Shown here: piece after piece, positions 52,507-64,000 of the stretch
Layout: the number at the start of each line of letters is the position of its first letter
How positions within the stretch are numbered: position 1 is the first letter of the stretch
Assembly: GCF_009914755.1 (NCBI RefSeq)
Contig: NC_060935.1
DNA: 64,000 bases
Strand: one strand, 5' to 3'
From: the human T2T-CHM13v2.0 reference genome, Homo sapiens
The notes under the pieces: generated by a model
What the model was told of the DNA's origin: nothing
Seen by the model: only the letters and a program-made list of their open reading frames with translations
Databases searched by the model: none
Made by a program: the position numbers and the translations under genes

Positions 52507-55095
52507 GTAAGTACAAGATAATTTGGTTTAAAAGCACATTTTTATGTATTATGTGCATAGGATATATCAAATGTTTTACCCTCCAAATTGGCAATTATAA
52601 AGACTTTATTTACTATTTTTATTTATAATTTGGATGACAGAATAATGACCAGAAATACTGTTGTTGACAATATTTTATCTGACTCCAAGATAAAAAAGTA
52701 TTTAAAATGCTTTGAGAATTTGAGAAATGTGTAGATATAATTTAACACTGCTTGCAATACTATGTAAAGAAAAGAAAAATGATCTCTGAATATATGTTAG
52801 TTAAGATAGGCTTCAAGAAGATTCCAGAAAAAGATTTATGGGTCACTTTGGACCATAAGCAAAATATTAATTCACAAGATTTATACTTTATTGTTAGTAA
52901 AGTGTTTAGAAATGTGAATTAGTTATGAAGTGTAAGGTTATCTTTCCATTACTTGAAGAATTTACAGTTCTTAGATAACTGAACCTGTATCTGTACTCTA
53001 TGACATAAACAACAGATAAAAACTTGGAAAACATCCATTGATAAGAAAAAAGGTGGATAAGCAGTGATAAAATTGTTACATAGTGTGTATCAGTGTGTAT
53101 TAAGAATGCTATCATAAATAATTCTTATGTATTATTACATTGAATCCTAACAACGACTCTTTAAGAAAGTTGACTAAACTGGGTATCATACTTAATAAAT
53201 TAGTTGCCCATATTATTAGTCAATGTTAGAGCCAAGAATCTCATCCAGAACTGTGCCCAATTACTATAACTTTTACTGAATACCAAACTGCCTTTAGAAA
53301 AAAAATTATTTATTTGGCCTAGAAAAAGTAATATTGCAGGAGGCTGTGGGTATTATAAGGGATATAATTACATGCAGAATGAGAATTCTTGCTTTCATTG
53401 AAGTCTGGAAAAAAACACATTGAATTATACTGCAACAGCAGAAGTTTCAGTTAGAGTATTTGGAGAAGAGGCAAGAATTTATTGCCTTGAAAGGCGGTGG
53501 AGTCTTCTCTGAGATCAAAAGCTTTAAAGGCCTACAACTTTCTCTCTGGAGGTGAGGTGTTCACTGTGATGAAGCCCGAAATCAGCCCTAACTTTTGGCT
53601 TTAGTTCATCAGGGTACTGTACACTTACCGAGTATCTTTAGAGACTCCAGGGAAGGCAGCAATTAATACTGCTTTATTGTATAGGATAGCAGGACTTCTG
53701 TTGGAACAGCTGTTTGTTGATCCAGCTGACATTCTCTTTCATCCACCCATCCATTGTTCTCCTTAAACAATAGCAAGATACCAGTGTGAGTTTTACTCAC
53801 TCTAATGAAAAGGGTTGAGTTTCTCTCCCTATAAATATTTTCAAAAGCCTTGATGATTCATGGGATTTGCACAAATACATTTAGTGCTGAAAGTAAGTGT
53901 ATAAGGCATTTGGAGAATACTCTGCCCCTGGCATTACAAAAAGGGGAGGGCACTTACATTAAAAATAACTCTGCTTATGCTTTTAAGGCAAACACATTCT
54001 TCATTACTCTTCTTCCTACTTCAACTCCCCGCCCTGGAAAAAATAAACATCATCTGGAACAAAACTTGACATAAGAGAAGACTACTTCTTGGGTGGGCAT
54101 GACTGCAATCTTGCCTGAAGCAAGGAGTATACACAAAATGACCTTTAAAATTTCCTTTCAACCCCATTATTCACTGGGTTTATCTAAACATTGTTTATGA
54201 AGGAGGATAAAATGTAGATAGGTTCTCAAATGCAGAAGGCAGCAAAGACTTACTGACTCTTGTTGCAAAGGGGAAATTGGATTTGTACCTTCATCTCCTG
54301 CATTTCTCATTTATTTCATTCAGGTGTGCAGGGGATGTAGCAAGTATCAAATTCAGCTATGAAACTCAGCTGGTACAATAAAACCCTAGTGGCTTCATCT
54401 CTTTTTTCCCCTACAGAAATCTACATTTTCCTTTCAACTTAGTAGTAGTTCTTTATTCTTCTCTGTTAGAGAAGATTCCAAATTTTAAAAACTCCCTCTG
54501 GACATTTTTCTTGTAGCAATGCTTCTGAAAAGAGGGGCTCAAAGTAGACGTGAGATTAAATTCAAACACCTGTGGTTTCCCCCAGTACTTCCCAAGATAT
54601 TAGATCATGCAACCTGTCTTGTTTCTATTCCCTGTCTTTCATCTAGACCCCGAATCCCAATCAGCCCAGATTTCTGTTTCTTAAAATTTAGGATGCAGCT
54701 TGAGTGCCACCTTTTCAAAGAGCTTTTCTGACCACCCTAATCTAGAGTAGCCACTCAGTCATTATCACATCGCATTGTTCTGAGACTCTGCCTGGAATTT
54801 GTTACTATTTAATTTATCTAATGCTCACATCTCTCATTAGAATGTCTTCCATGAGAACAGATACGTGTCTGCTTTATTCACATCTGCATACTTAGCAGTT
54901 TACAACAGAACTTACAAACAGTATGTATCCAATTAATATTTGTAGAATGAATTAATATATGGTGCTCTCAACAGGGAATACATTGCATATTCCATGAATA
55001 ATTTCATATTATACAAATCACACATACACCGGGAGCTATTAACAAATATACATTACTTGCCACCAAATTTATATTGATTAGTAAGGGTAAGGAAG

Positions 55096-55487
55096 TGTAT
55101 TAGTCTGTTCTCACACTTTTATAAAAAACTACCTGAGGCTGGGCAATTTATAAAGAAAAAGAGGTTTAATTGGCTCATGGTTCTGCAGGCTATACAAGAA
55201 GCATGTCTGGGAGGCCTTAGGAAACTTACAATCATGGCAGGAGGTGAAAAGGGAAGTAGGCACGTCTTACAAGGCTGGAACAGGAGGAAGAGAGAGAAGT
55301 GAGGGGTGGTGCTATACACTTTTAAAGAACCAGATCTTGTGATAACTCATTCACTATCACAAAAACAGCACCAAAGGGGGAAATCTGCCCCCATGACCAA
55401 ATCACCTCCCACCAGGCCCCACCTCCAACTTTGGGAATTACAAGTTGACATGAGATTTTGGTGGAGACACACACATAAACCATATCA
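55096..55487 (-). mobile_element. MSTA MaLR solo LTR
   Basis: tgtattagtctgttctcacac...gaggtttaattggctcatggttctgcaggct...aaaccatatca, with perfect 5-bp TSD GGAAG. Confidence 0.93.
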
Positions 55488-56068
55488 GGAAGGTAGAGAA
55501 AGCACAAAGTTTGGGCAGATTTCCCTAAAATATGACATCCAAATGCAAGGGTTTATTCCAGTATTGCCTCTTTAAATTAGCAAAACTGCTTTCCTTATAG
55601 AACTATCTAACAAGAATGAGTTCTTAGCATCCTTGCTGGTCTCAAATGTTACAATGATCCCTTTGTCACCTTGTTGCCTCCCTGCTCTTTTTCTCAATCT
55701 AATCTTGATCATCTGGGATCCAGATCTCTTGATTTAAACACTACTTCTAGGCCTGAGACCAATTCTATGAACAGATCTTAGTTTTATTCTTCAGCTTAAA
55801 ATTGTTCATACCCCTTGAAGTGTATCTGCTCTTAGCCAATTTGGATAACAGCTTGAGCAGACCTGCTTTGCACTTCTGGGCTCCTATCCTAGCCTCCCTT
55901 TACCAAGAATCTGAGATCAAGAGACCTGTGGTTTTCTCAAATCTTTGCAGTTCTCAAGTCTTTGAAGTGATTCCTCTCTTCCCCATTGATCACTTTTTCC
56001 GTTTTTGTCCATTCTTCTATGTTTGTCTCTGCTCTTTCCATTTGACTGGCCATATTTTATCAATTATT

Positions 56069-56132
56069 AAGCTTTAAACAGTCCCCAATCTGGAAGACAA
56101 AGCTTAAATCGTCCCCAGTCTGGAGGACAAAG
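56069..56132. repeat. Tandem duplication of about 30 bp
   Basis: gtccccaatctggaagacaaag and gtccccagtctggaggacaaag lie 30 bp apart. Confidence 0.9.
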
Positions 56133-56569
56133 ACAAGTTTGGAAATCAAACCATACCTCTAATATCTGCCTTAATCGGCACATCTACAAACTATATTGAC
56201 TATGTTTACATTCACAGTGTATTTAAAAGTTTACTAGCATCACCATTAAATATGGTTGCAAGACTTCCTTGAAGATAGAGGAGGAATTTTCTACTTCTTT
56301 CACTGGACTTCAAATTGAATATTTCGGTAATGGTAATGATTTTAGCTTACTGAAAAAGCTACCTAATTTTTTCTGAAATTGATGACTGGTGCCACTCTTA
56401 GCATCAACACTTAATGAAGGAGAGTTGCAGCCAACTATTTCTTTAGTTGCATAACCAAGACTGCTGAGGGGGACAAAAGTAAAACAATGGTCATGACATT
56501 GCAAGTCTTCCATTAGTTGGCTCAAAACTCTCTTTGTTTAATTACATTAAAAAATTTAGATTTATAGGA

Positions 56570-56695
56570 GTATAGAAATATATTTATTATAGAATCATTA
56601 CATAATATTTATATTATATAAAATAATAAATATATTTATAATATTTATATATTATATAAACTTATATATAAATAATTATATAATATATAATAATT
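56570..56695. repeat. AT-rich low-complexity tract
   Basis: Almost entirely A/T, with (TA)n-like character. Confidence 0.9.
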
Positions 56696-56732
56696 CCTTT
56701 TCAATGTTAGAAAATTTAGAAAGCATAGATAA

Positions 56733-57106
<374 letters not shown>

Positions 57107-58129
57107 CAAACTTCGCTTTCTAGTTTGTTTTTATTGCTGTGCTAAACTTCTTCCTCAGCCACACGTACAACTGGCAGTCTCATAAATACATCTAACTCTC
57201 CCTGTCTTTGCCCAGACTGCTCTCTCAACATAAAAAATCCTTTCAAATCTCTCCTCTTTCACAAAGCATACTTACTAGTCAGAGTCCGACTTACATGCTA
57301 TATTCTCTGTCTAAATTCCTCATGTCATTTCAGATGAAACAAATCTTTCTTTCCTCCCTTCCAAACAATCAATTTAGCTCATCCCTCAGACTTTTGATTT
57401 GGGGGTCTCATGGCTTTGAAACTTGTTGGAACTTGTGGCTTGATAGATTCAGGTTAAAATTTTTAACAAAGTTACTTCAATCAGGAGGACATATTGTCTG
57501 CTTTGTGCCTCTTTTTATGAATTTAGCAGTCATTGATTCTCAGTGTCTAGATCCATTAATTAACTGGGGGATGTCAAATGGTGATATTCTAATTTTATTT
57601 TTCCTTTATATTACTAGTGGAATACTTCTTTTAAGGAAATCTTAACTGTCATTTATCATTTGGTTACCCTGTGAAACAATTTGATAGGAAAGATGGGTTA
57701 GATGCCTGATTCTTATTTCTGCCTTTACTTATCAGGTCTCAAATCATGAGTTAATTCATTAGCAACCTACAAAGATGATTGTCACTTAAAAAATCATTCA
57801 GTAATAAAACAATATATAGATGATCCTTTACTATCGGATAAATTGAGAGACTGCATCTTTAAAAAAAGTTGTAAATGGTCACAGGGCAAATGTTTATTTT
57901 TATTATTATATTATGGTACAATATAATCTTTTTATTGTTTTATTATATTTCTATCTCTATTACTATAGAAGGCTGAAAAAATTTGAAGTTGAGTGATTCC
58001 ATCTTTTCTGTCAACTTCTAGCACTAAACCATTTCATTTTCTATAAACAAATGTTCTATCCTAATTTTATTCTTCTTATTTAGCAAATAATAATTTTAAA
58101 TCTTTTATATTCCTCAGCTTATTACATCT

Positions 58130-59070
58130 AGGAGACCTCATCCAGTCTCATTGTTTTAAATATAGTTTATATGCCAATAACTTCCATGTTCATAATTTCT
58201 GATTAGACCTTTACCCAAATGTACTCAACTCTTTACTTTGCCCTTGACATCTCTATTTAGATGTCTAATCGTTATCTCTTACTCAACAGGTACAAAATTC
58301 AACTTCTGATCTTCCTTCACTTCTAAACCTAATATACTCACTGTTTTCTCCATTTCATTCAGTGGCAATTTCATCTCTTCAACTGGTCAGGCAAAACATT
58401 TGGAGTCACCCATACGCCCCCTTTATCTCTTATATCCCCTGTTGGCTATTTATCCAGAATATAAACATTTCTTACTTTCTTCACTGCTACCATCTTGGTT
58501 CAGTCAACATCATCTCTTGCTTAGATGGTTGCAGTAGTCTCTAGAGTGTTCTACCTACTTTTGCTCTTAGCTCTTATAATCTCAGATGTAAAATGTTAAA
58601 ATGTATGTTAGATCATGTCACTTTTCCACTAAGAACCTTCTAAAACCTTCTCATCTCATTCACAGTAAAATCCCAAACCCTTCTGGTAGTTAATAATTTT
58701 ATCTCCTACTATTAAGATGACATTAAACTCCTCAGTTTTCCTTTAGCTGGTAAATCACCACCCTCTTGAGGCCTTCAAATTTGTTATTGCGTCTTTTAGG
58801 AAGGCTCTTCTTCAAATTTTATTTCTTGTTCTATTATTTATTTCATCCAATTAACATTTTCAGTCTTTTCTTTCTTTCTCATATCACCCTTGGTTATCAC
58901 CTTCTAATATAGAATTTACTTACTTGTATGGTTTATTTTCTGTTTCTCTCATTAGATCACAAGAGCCATAAGGGCAGGAATTTTGTTTTGTTCATTGCTT
59001 TATCCTCTACTTCTAGAACACTGTCTGGCAATAGTTGCTCAATAATTATTTGTGGATTTAATAAATGAAT
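58130..59070 (+). mobile_element. L2 fragment
   Basis: ctcatccagtctcattgttttaaata...gacatctctatttagatgtcta...tctagaacactgtctggca...ctcaataattatttg. Confidence 0.8.
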
Positions 59071-59074
59071 TTTG

Positions 59075-61900
59075 AACTTTGGCAGTCAAGATCTTTAAAC
59101 TCTTATTTCTATTTTTCAGTTTTAGGATGCCCAGTTTGGTTACTTTTTAAATATTATAATTCTTTGTTGAAATTCTTACCTTTTTCTTCTACTTTGCCCA
59201 ACTTTTATTTTCTTGAATGTATTGATCATAGTTGTTTGAAAGTCATTGTTGGGTATTTTTGATATCTGAATCGTCTGGAGGTCTATTTATATTGTCTATT
59301 TTTTACTTTGATTTTTCAATGATTTAATCCTATTTTTTATTTGCCTCATAATTTTTGCCTTGATAGATGAAACATTGCAGGGGCTCTTGATGACGGAAAT
59401 TTGTCCAAAGAGGGTTAAGTTTTCTTCTATCAAGTAGATAGATTACTAGCAGATCATCATTGTCCTATTGAGGCTTGGTTTTAGGCTTTATTTGCAAGGG
59501 TTTTAAACATCTTTAAAATGCTTAAGTTTTGCCCTTACATCTAGGGTATAGTCCTTACTTCTAAAGTATGGCACTAAGTGTCACATTAATTCTAGAATGA
59601 CCCCTTCTGAGGTCGTGGCTGAGAAATACCAAGACATTTGCAAATGTCTCCCACTTTTGACAAGAATTAAACTTTAACTTTTGTCTCCCCAGTGTCATGT
59701 GGCTGCTAATATTCATTCTCAGGCCTCTCAACTGCTATTTTCTTCTTTCTCTCACTACACCAAATAACCTAGAAGAATACAGCATATATATGCAGTTTGA
59801 GAAACAGTTCTGAGCAGTTAAGTTAGAAGTCAGCAGTTGTGAAGTGGAAATTTGAATGTAGATTTTTGAATTTATTCTTTGATCTTTTCTACTCTCCAGA
59901 TGTTTTCCCTTCAAATGCTAGCTCCTTTGGCAGCCTTAAACTTCAACATCAATCTCCTGAGCAAGATCTTTATCTTTTTTCTTTATTAAAACTTTACTGC
60001 TTTTATAAAAATTACATATAATCATTGTGAAAACTAATATATCTTACAATGATCACATGTCACAATGACGTGATTGTTATAATGATCATATGCTTTTATC
60101 TGTAGCATAGCTTTGCTAAAATAGAAATTCTGAGTCAAAGTGCATGTGTTTTAAAGGTTATTAGCTACTGCTATGTTACATTACACACAATGCTTTTTTT
60201 TCCTCCAACAATATATAATTAATGCTTTCCCACATCCTCTCCAGAACAGAGTGTGATCAACGTATTGAAATTTCAATAGAATGCAGTGGGTTAATAATGG
60301 ATTCTCAATGTTGATTTGATTGTATTTTTGGTTTATTCTTGAGTTGTGGATCTTTCTGAAGTTTTTGGCCATATTTCTTCCTTTTTCTGTGATTATTTTG
60401 TTTATATTATTGTCACATTAAATAATATTGTTTGTCTTGTTTACATTGATTTATAGAGACTCTTCGTGAACTAAGGAGCTTTAAGGCATTTTCAAACAAT
60501 TTTTAATAGTCAAATTTTTATTTGACTATCGCTTTAATGGTCTTCCTTTTTATTCAAAATGTTAATTCATATACAGTCAAATCTATCAACACTTTCATGG
60601 CATCTGGATTTATTGTTTGATAAATGTCTCCTTGCCCTATGTTATACAAACATTTTCCTATTTTTATTATATTTTGGTTTTTACATTTTTTATTTTAATC
60701 CTTCTGGAATTTAATATTTTATACTGCAAAGCAGGGATTTAATTCTTTCATTCTAAGATCTATAGCTGCTTATGCTAAGATCTTTGATTAAATAAACTAT
60801 GATTTTTCCACAAATACTTGGATTTGTGTGTTTATTTTTCAACTTATCTTCTGCACTTTTGCTTTGTATTTGGTCTTCACTTACTATATTGATTTTAATA
60901 AGCAGCATAGTATGTTTTATATGTTGCAGGACATTTATCCTCATCTCTTTTTTGAAAAATCTTTTAGAAGGTTTTTTATATTTGTGTTTTATACATAAAT
61001 TTAAAAAATAAAACTCCCTAGTTTAATTTAAAATCTTTGAATTCTGAGTGGAATCTCATTAAATATATGTATTAATTTGAGGAATGTATTTATATGACAT
61101 TGTCTTATGACTCAATAATACTGTAAGATACCATTTAGCTTTTTATTCAGGTTATGTTGATTTAAAATATGTAATAACTTTTAAACATTTTATTACAAGA
61201 TACATAATAATTTTATCACTATTGTCAGCAGGGTATTAGTATTACATAAACCTATACATATTTTATATTTGAGATACATACATTTCAATGGGTTGCTAGA
61301 ATAAAGAAAAAGTATATAAATAGTTTTTAAAAATCTAGTTAACCTTATCAGGATTTTCTCTTATTTATTATATATTTTATAGAGTTTATCTGGACTGTTA
61401 AATTGTATGCAAATAGAGATAAACTTGTTTTCTTGTTTCCCATAATTATATAGCTAGTTGGTTTTCTTATTGTATTGGCTAGAAACTACAACACAATGCT
61501 GAAAAATTGTAGGGATGGTAGTCATTTCAGTATTTTGTCTCATTTTAATGAGAATGGTCTTGGTATTTCAGTAGTTAATATAATGTTCATTGCCTGTTTT
61601 ACAACAGAAACATTTTCCATCACATTTGATAATTAGTTTTCATGTCTTAGAATAGAGTTTGTATTAAGAATGGCTACTGAATTTTATAGAATGTCTTGGG
61701 TATATTTTATTATAATTATATGTTAATTTTTCCCCTTAACCATGTAAATTTAATACATTCTAACTTAAAAAAAACTGTCGAGACAATACGTCCATCCAAA
61801 ATTTATAAAAATAATGTTCTCCTTATGGAAAAATGTATGTTTTTTAATACACTATTTTGAATGGGTTCATAATATTATAATCACTTTTTTTTCAATTAAC
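59075..61900 (-). mobile_element. Ancient L1M fragments (composite)
   Basis: T-rich antisense L1 features such as tttcttattgtattggctagaaactacaacacaatgctgaa and aaattctgagtcaaagtgcatg. Confidence 0.65.
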
Positions 61901-61917
61901 AATGTAATGGAGATATC

Positions 61918-62208
61918 TTTTTTTTTTTGAGACAGTGTCTCACTCTGTAGTCCAGGCTGGAGTGCAGTGGCACCATATTGGCTCACTGCCACCTCTGCCC
62001 CAGGTTCAAGAGATTCTCCTGTCTCTGCTTCCCAAGTAGCTGGGATTACAGGCATCTGCCACCATGCCTGGCTAATTTTTGTATTTTTAGTAGAGGCAGG
62101 CTTTCACCATTTTGGCCAGGCTGGTCTCCAGCTCCTGACCTCAAGTGATCTGCCCACATCGGTCTCCCAAAGTGCTGGGATTACAGGCGTGAACCACTGC
62201 GCCCGGCC
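61918..62208 (-). mobile_element. AluS (Sz/Sx-like)
   Basis: Reverse Alu dimer with TSD ATGGAGAT(A/T)TCTTT at 61907 and 62210. Confidence 0.97.
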
Positions 62209-62380
62209 CATGGAGATTTCTTTCTTGACATTGTTCTATAGCAGTCACACACCGGTGGCTGCGCAGTATAGTATTACATGGATAGATAATGTGTCATGTT
62301 GGAAATGTAGGTTATTTGTTTTTAGCTACTAAACACAGTGTTTTCAGGTATTATTCAAGGATATTTTAAAAAGACTTGCA

Positions 62381-62765
<385 letters not shown>

Positions 62766-63404
62766 TCACAGTCACACAAATATTTATTTATTTTCTTTCA
62801 TCTGTCACAGCATATGCAATTTTATTGTCAACATTTAAAATCTTTGCTAATTTTCTACTCATCCTTAATGCATAACAGTCTATTTAAGAATTATTAGCCA
62901 TGCATGGCTCTTTTTCTCCTCAGAACACTTCATAATCATGTAGGTTGGTTGGGTTTGAAAATACAGGATTTCTATATGTTTCTGTCCTTGATAGAGAAGA
63001 GAATTGAGGGGCAATTAGAGAGGAAAAACTAGAGGACTGTGGCAAACACTGTGAAGTAAGATAGGGCAAAATCATCATCAAAGAATCTTCCTCCCTTAGG
63101 AAAGTTTATCCTCAGAAACAGTCTTTACCTCAGATCATCTCTGTCCTTCATTCATCCAGATCTTTATGGAAGGTCATTTCTAGAACAGATCAAAAATTAA
63201 GTAGTCAAAAGAAAATGTAATACTTTCTATAAAAACTGTATAACTTCTAAAATAAACCAAAAGTAGCAATTAGTCAATGCACATCAGAACTGTAGAAACA
63301 CAGAGTATATCATTAAAATTATTTGCTTTTGAAAAAGTATTTTCAGTCTTTCTCTAGATTGTGGAAAGCATCTAGCTTTTGAAAATGGAGAGATTTAGGT
63401 ATAT

Positions 63405-63560
63405 TGTTACAGCTTGGTAAGTAAGTCACATAAACTCTCTGAGGCCCAGTTGTGAAAATCGTAAAAGGTGAATGTGAAAACTAAAGGTAACATATGGAAA
63501 GGTCTTTGCATAGTGTGGGACACCCAGTAGGTGCTCTGTAAATGGTAATCAATTACTGAG
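63405..63560 (+). mobile_element. MIR 3' fragment
   Basis: ggtaagtaagtcacataaactctctgaggcccagttgtgaaaatc...cagtaggtgctctgtaaatggta. Confidence 0.7.
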
Positions 63561-64000
63561 CTAGCACTGTTGTTGATAGTAGGATACATAAAATATGTGT
63601 GGTTTACAGATTAGAAAATTTTCATACTTTTTCCTCTTAATGTTTTAAGAATTTATATTTCTCTTCCAGCTACTATTTGTTTATATTCATTAGTATTCAT
63701 CCTGGAGAATGTCTTGGCATAGTAGATTATTGATGACAATGCTTCCTGTCCTACTTTTTGTTTGGAAGCAAGATTAATTTATATGCTGATTAATTTGGGG
63801 GGCTGGTTACCTTACTCCTCTGCTTTTGTCATAGATATCATTTGTTTGTAATCAATTTTCCTTAACCTTTATACACTTGAGGAGATGGCACATGAATACA
63901 TTACTATTTGCTTCATACTTTCATTCATAAGACAAGTAGCAAATGAACAGGATGTCGAAAAATAGGTAAATTGGACTTCTGTTGGAAACAAGATGGTTTC

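Noticed and set aside
56570-56695. AT-rich tract as a palindromic AT-rich repeat (cruciform)
   Set aside because: It is short and lacks long perfect arms; ordinary low-complexity sequence.

Overview
AT-rich primate (most likely human) non-coding genomic DNA, either intergenic or a large intron. I cannot support any protein-coding gene: the longer ORFs are Alu, LTR or L2 read-throughs or random-looking, and there are no rRNA, tRNA, CRISPR or prokaryotic features. A large part of the window is interspersed repeat: about 13 Alu/FLAM copies (J, S and one Y), many MIR/L2/L1M fossils, solo LTRs (LTR33/16-like, MLT1, MER39-like, LTR27-like, MSTA) and DNA transposons (MER1B, internally deleted Tigger1, MADE1, near-full Charlie1a), plus STRs. 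I found no convincing new biological system. The best leads are a strong CTCF motif with a weaker divergent partner flanking a promoter-like patch (8.7-9.2 kb), a tailless 113-bp orphan insertion with a 15-bp TSD inside Charlie1a (25.4 kb), an Alu-head remnant fused to a 39-bp tandem duplication (22.1 kb), several candidate lncRNA exons on both strands, and motif-dense candidate enhancers. Repeat subfamily names come from recalled consensus sequences and need RepeatMasker/Dfam confirmation. Boundaries of old repeats are approximate, and the genomic locus was not identified.
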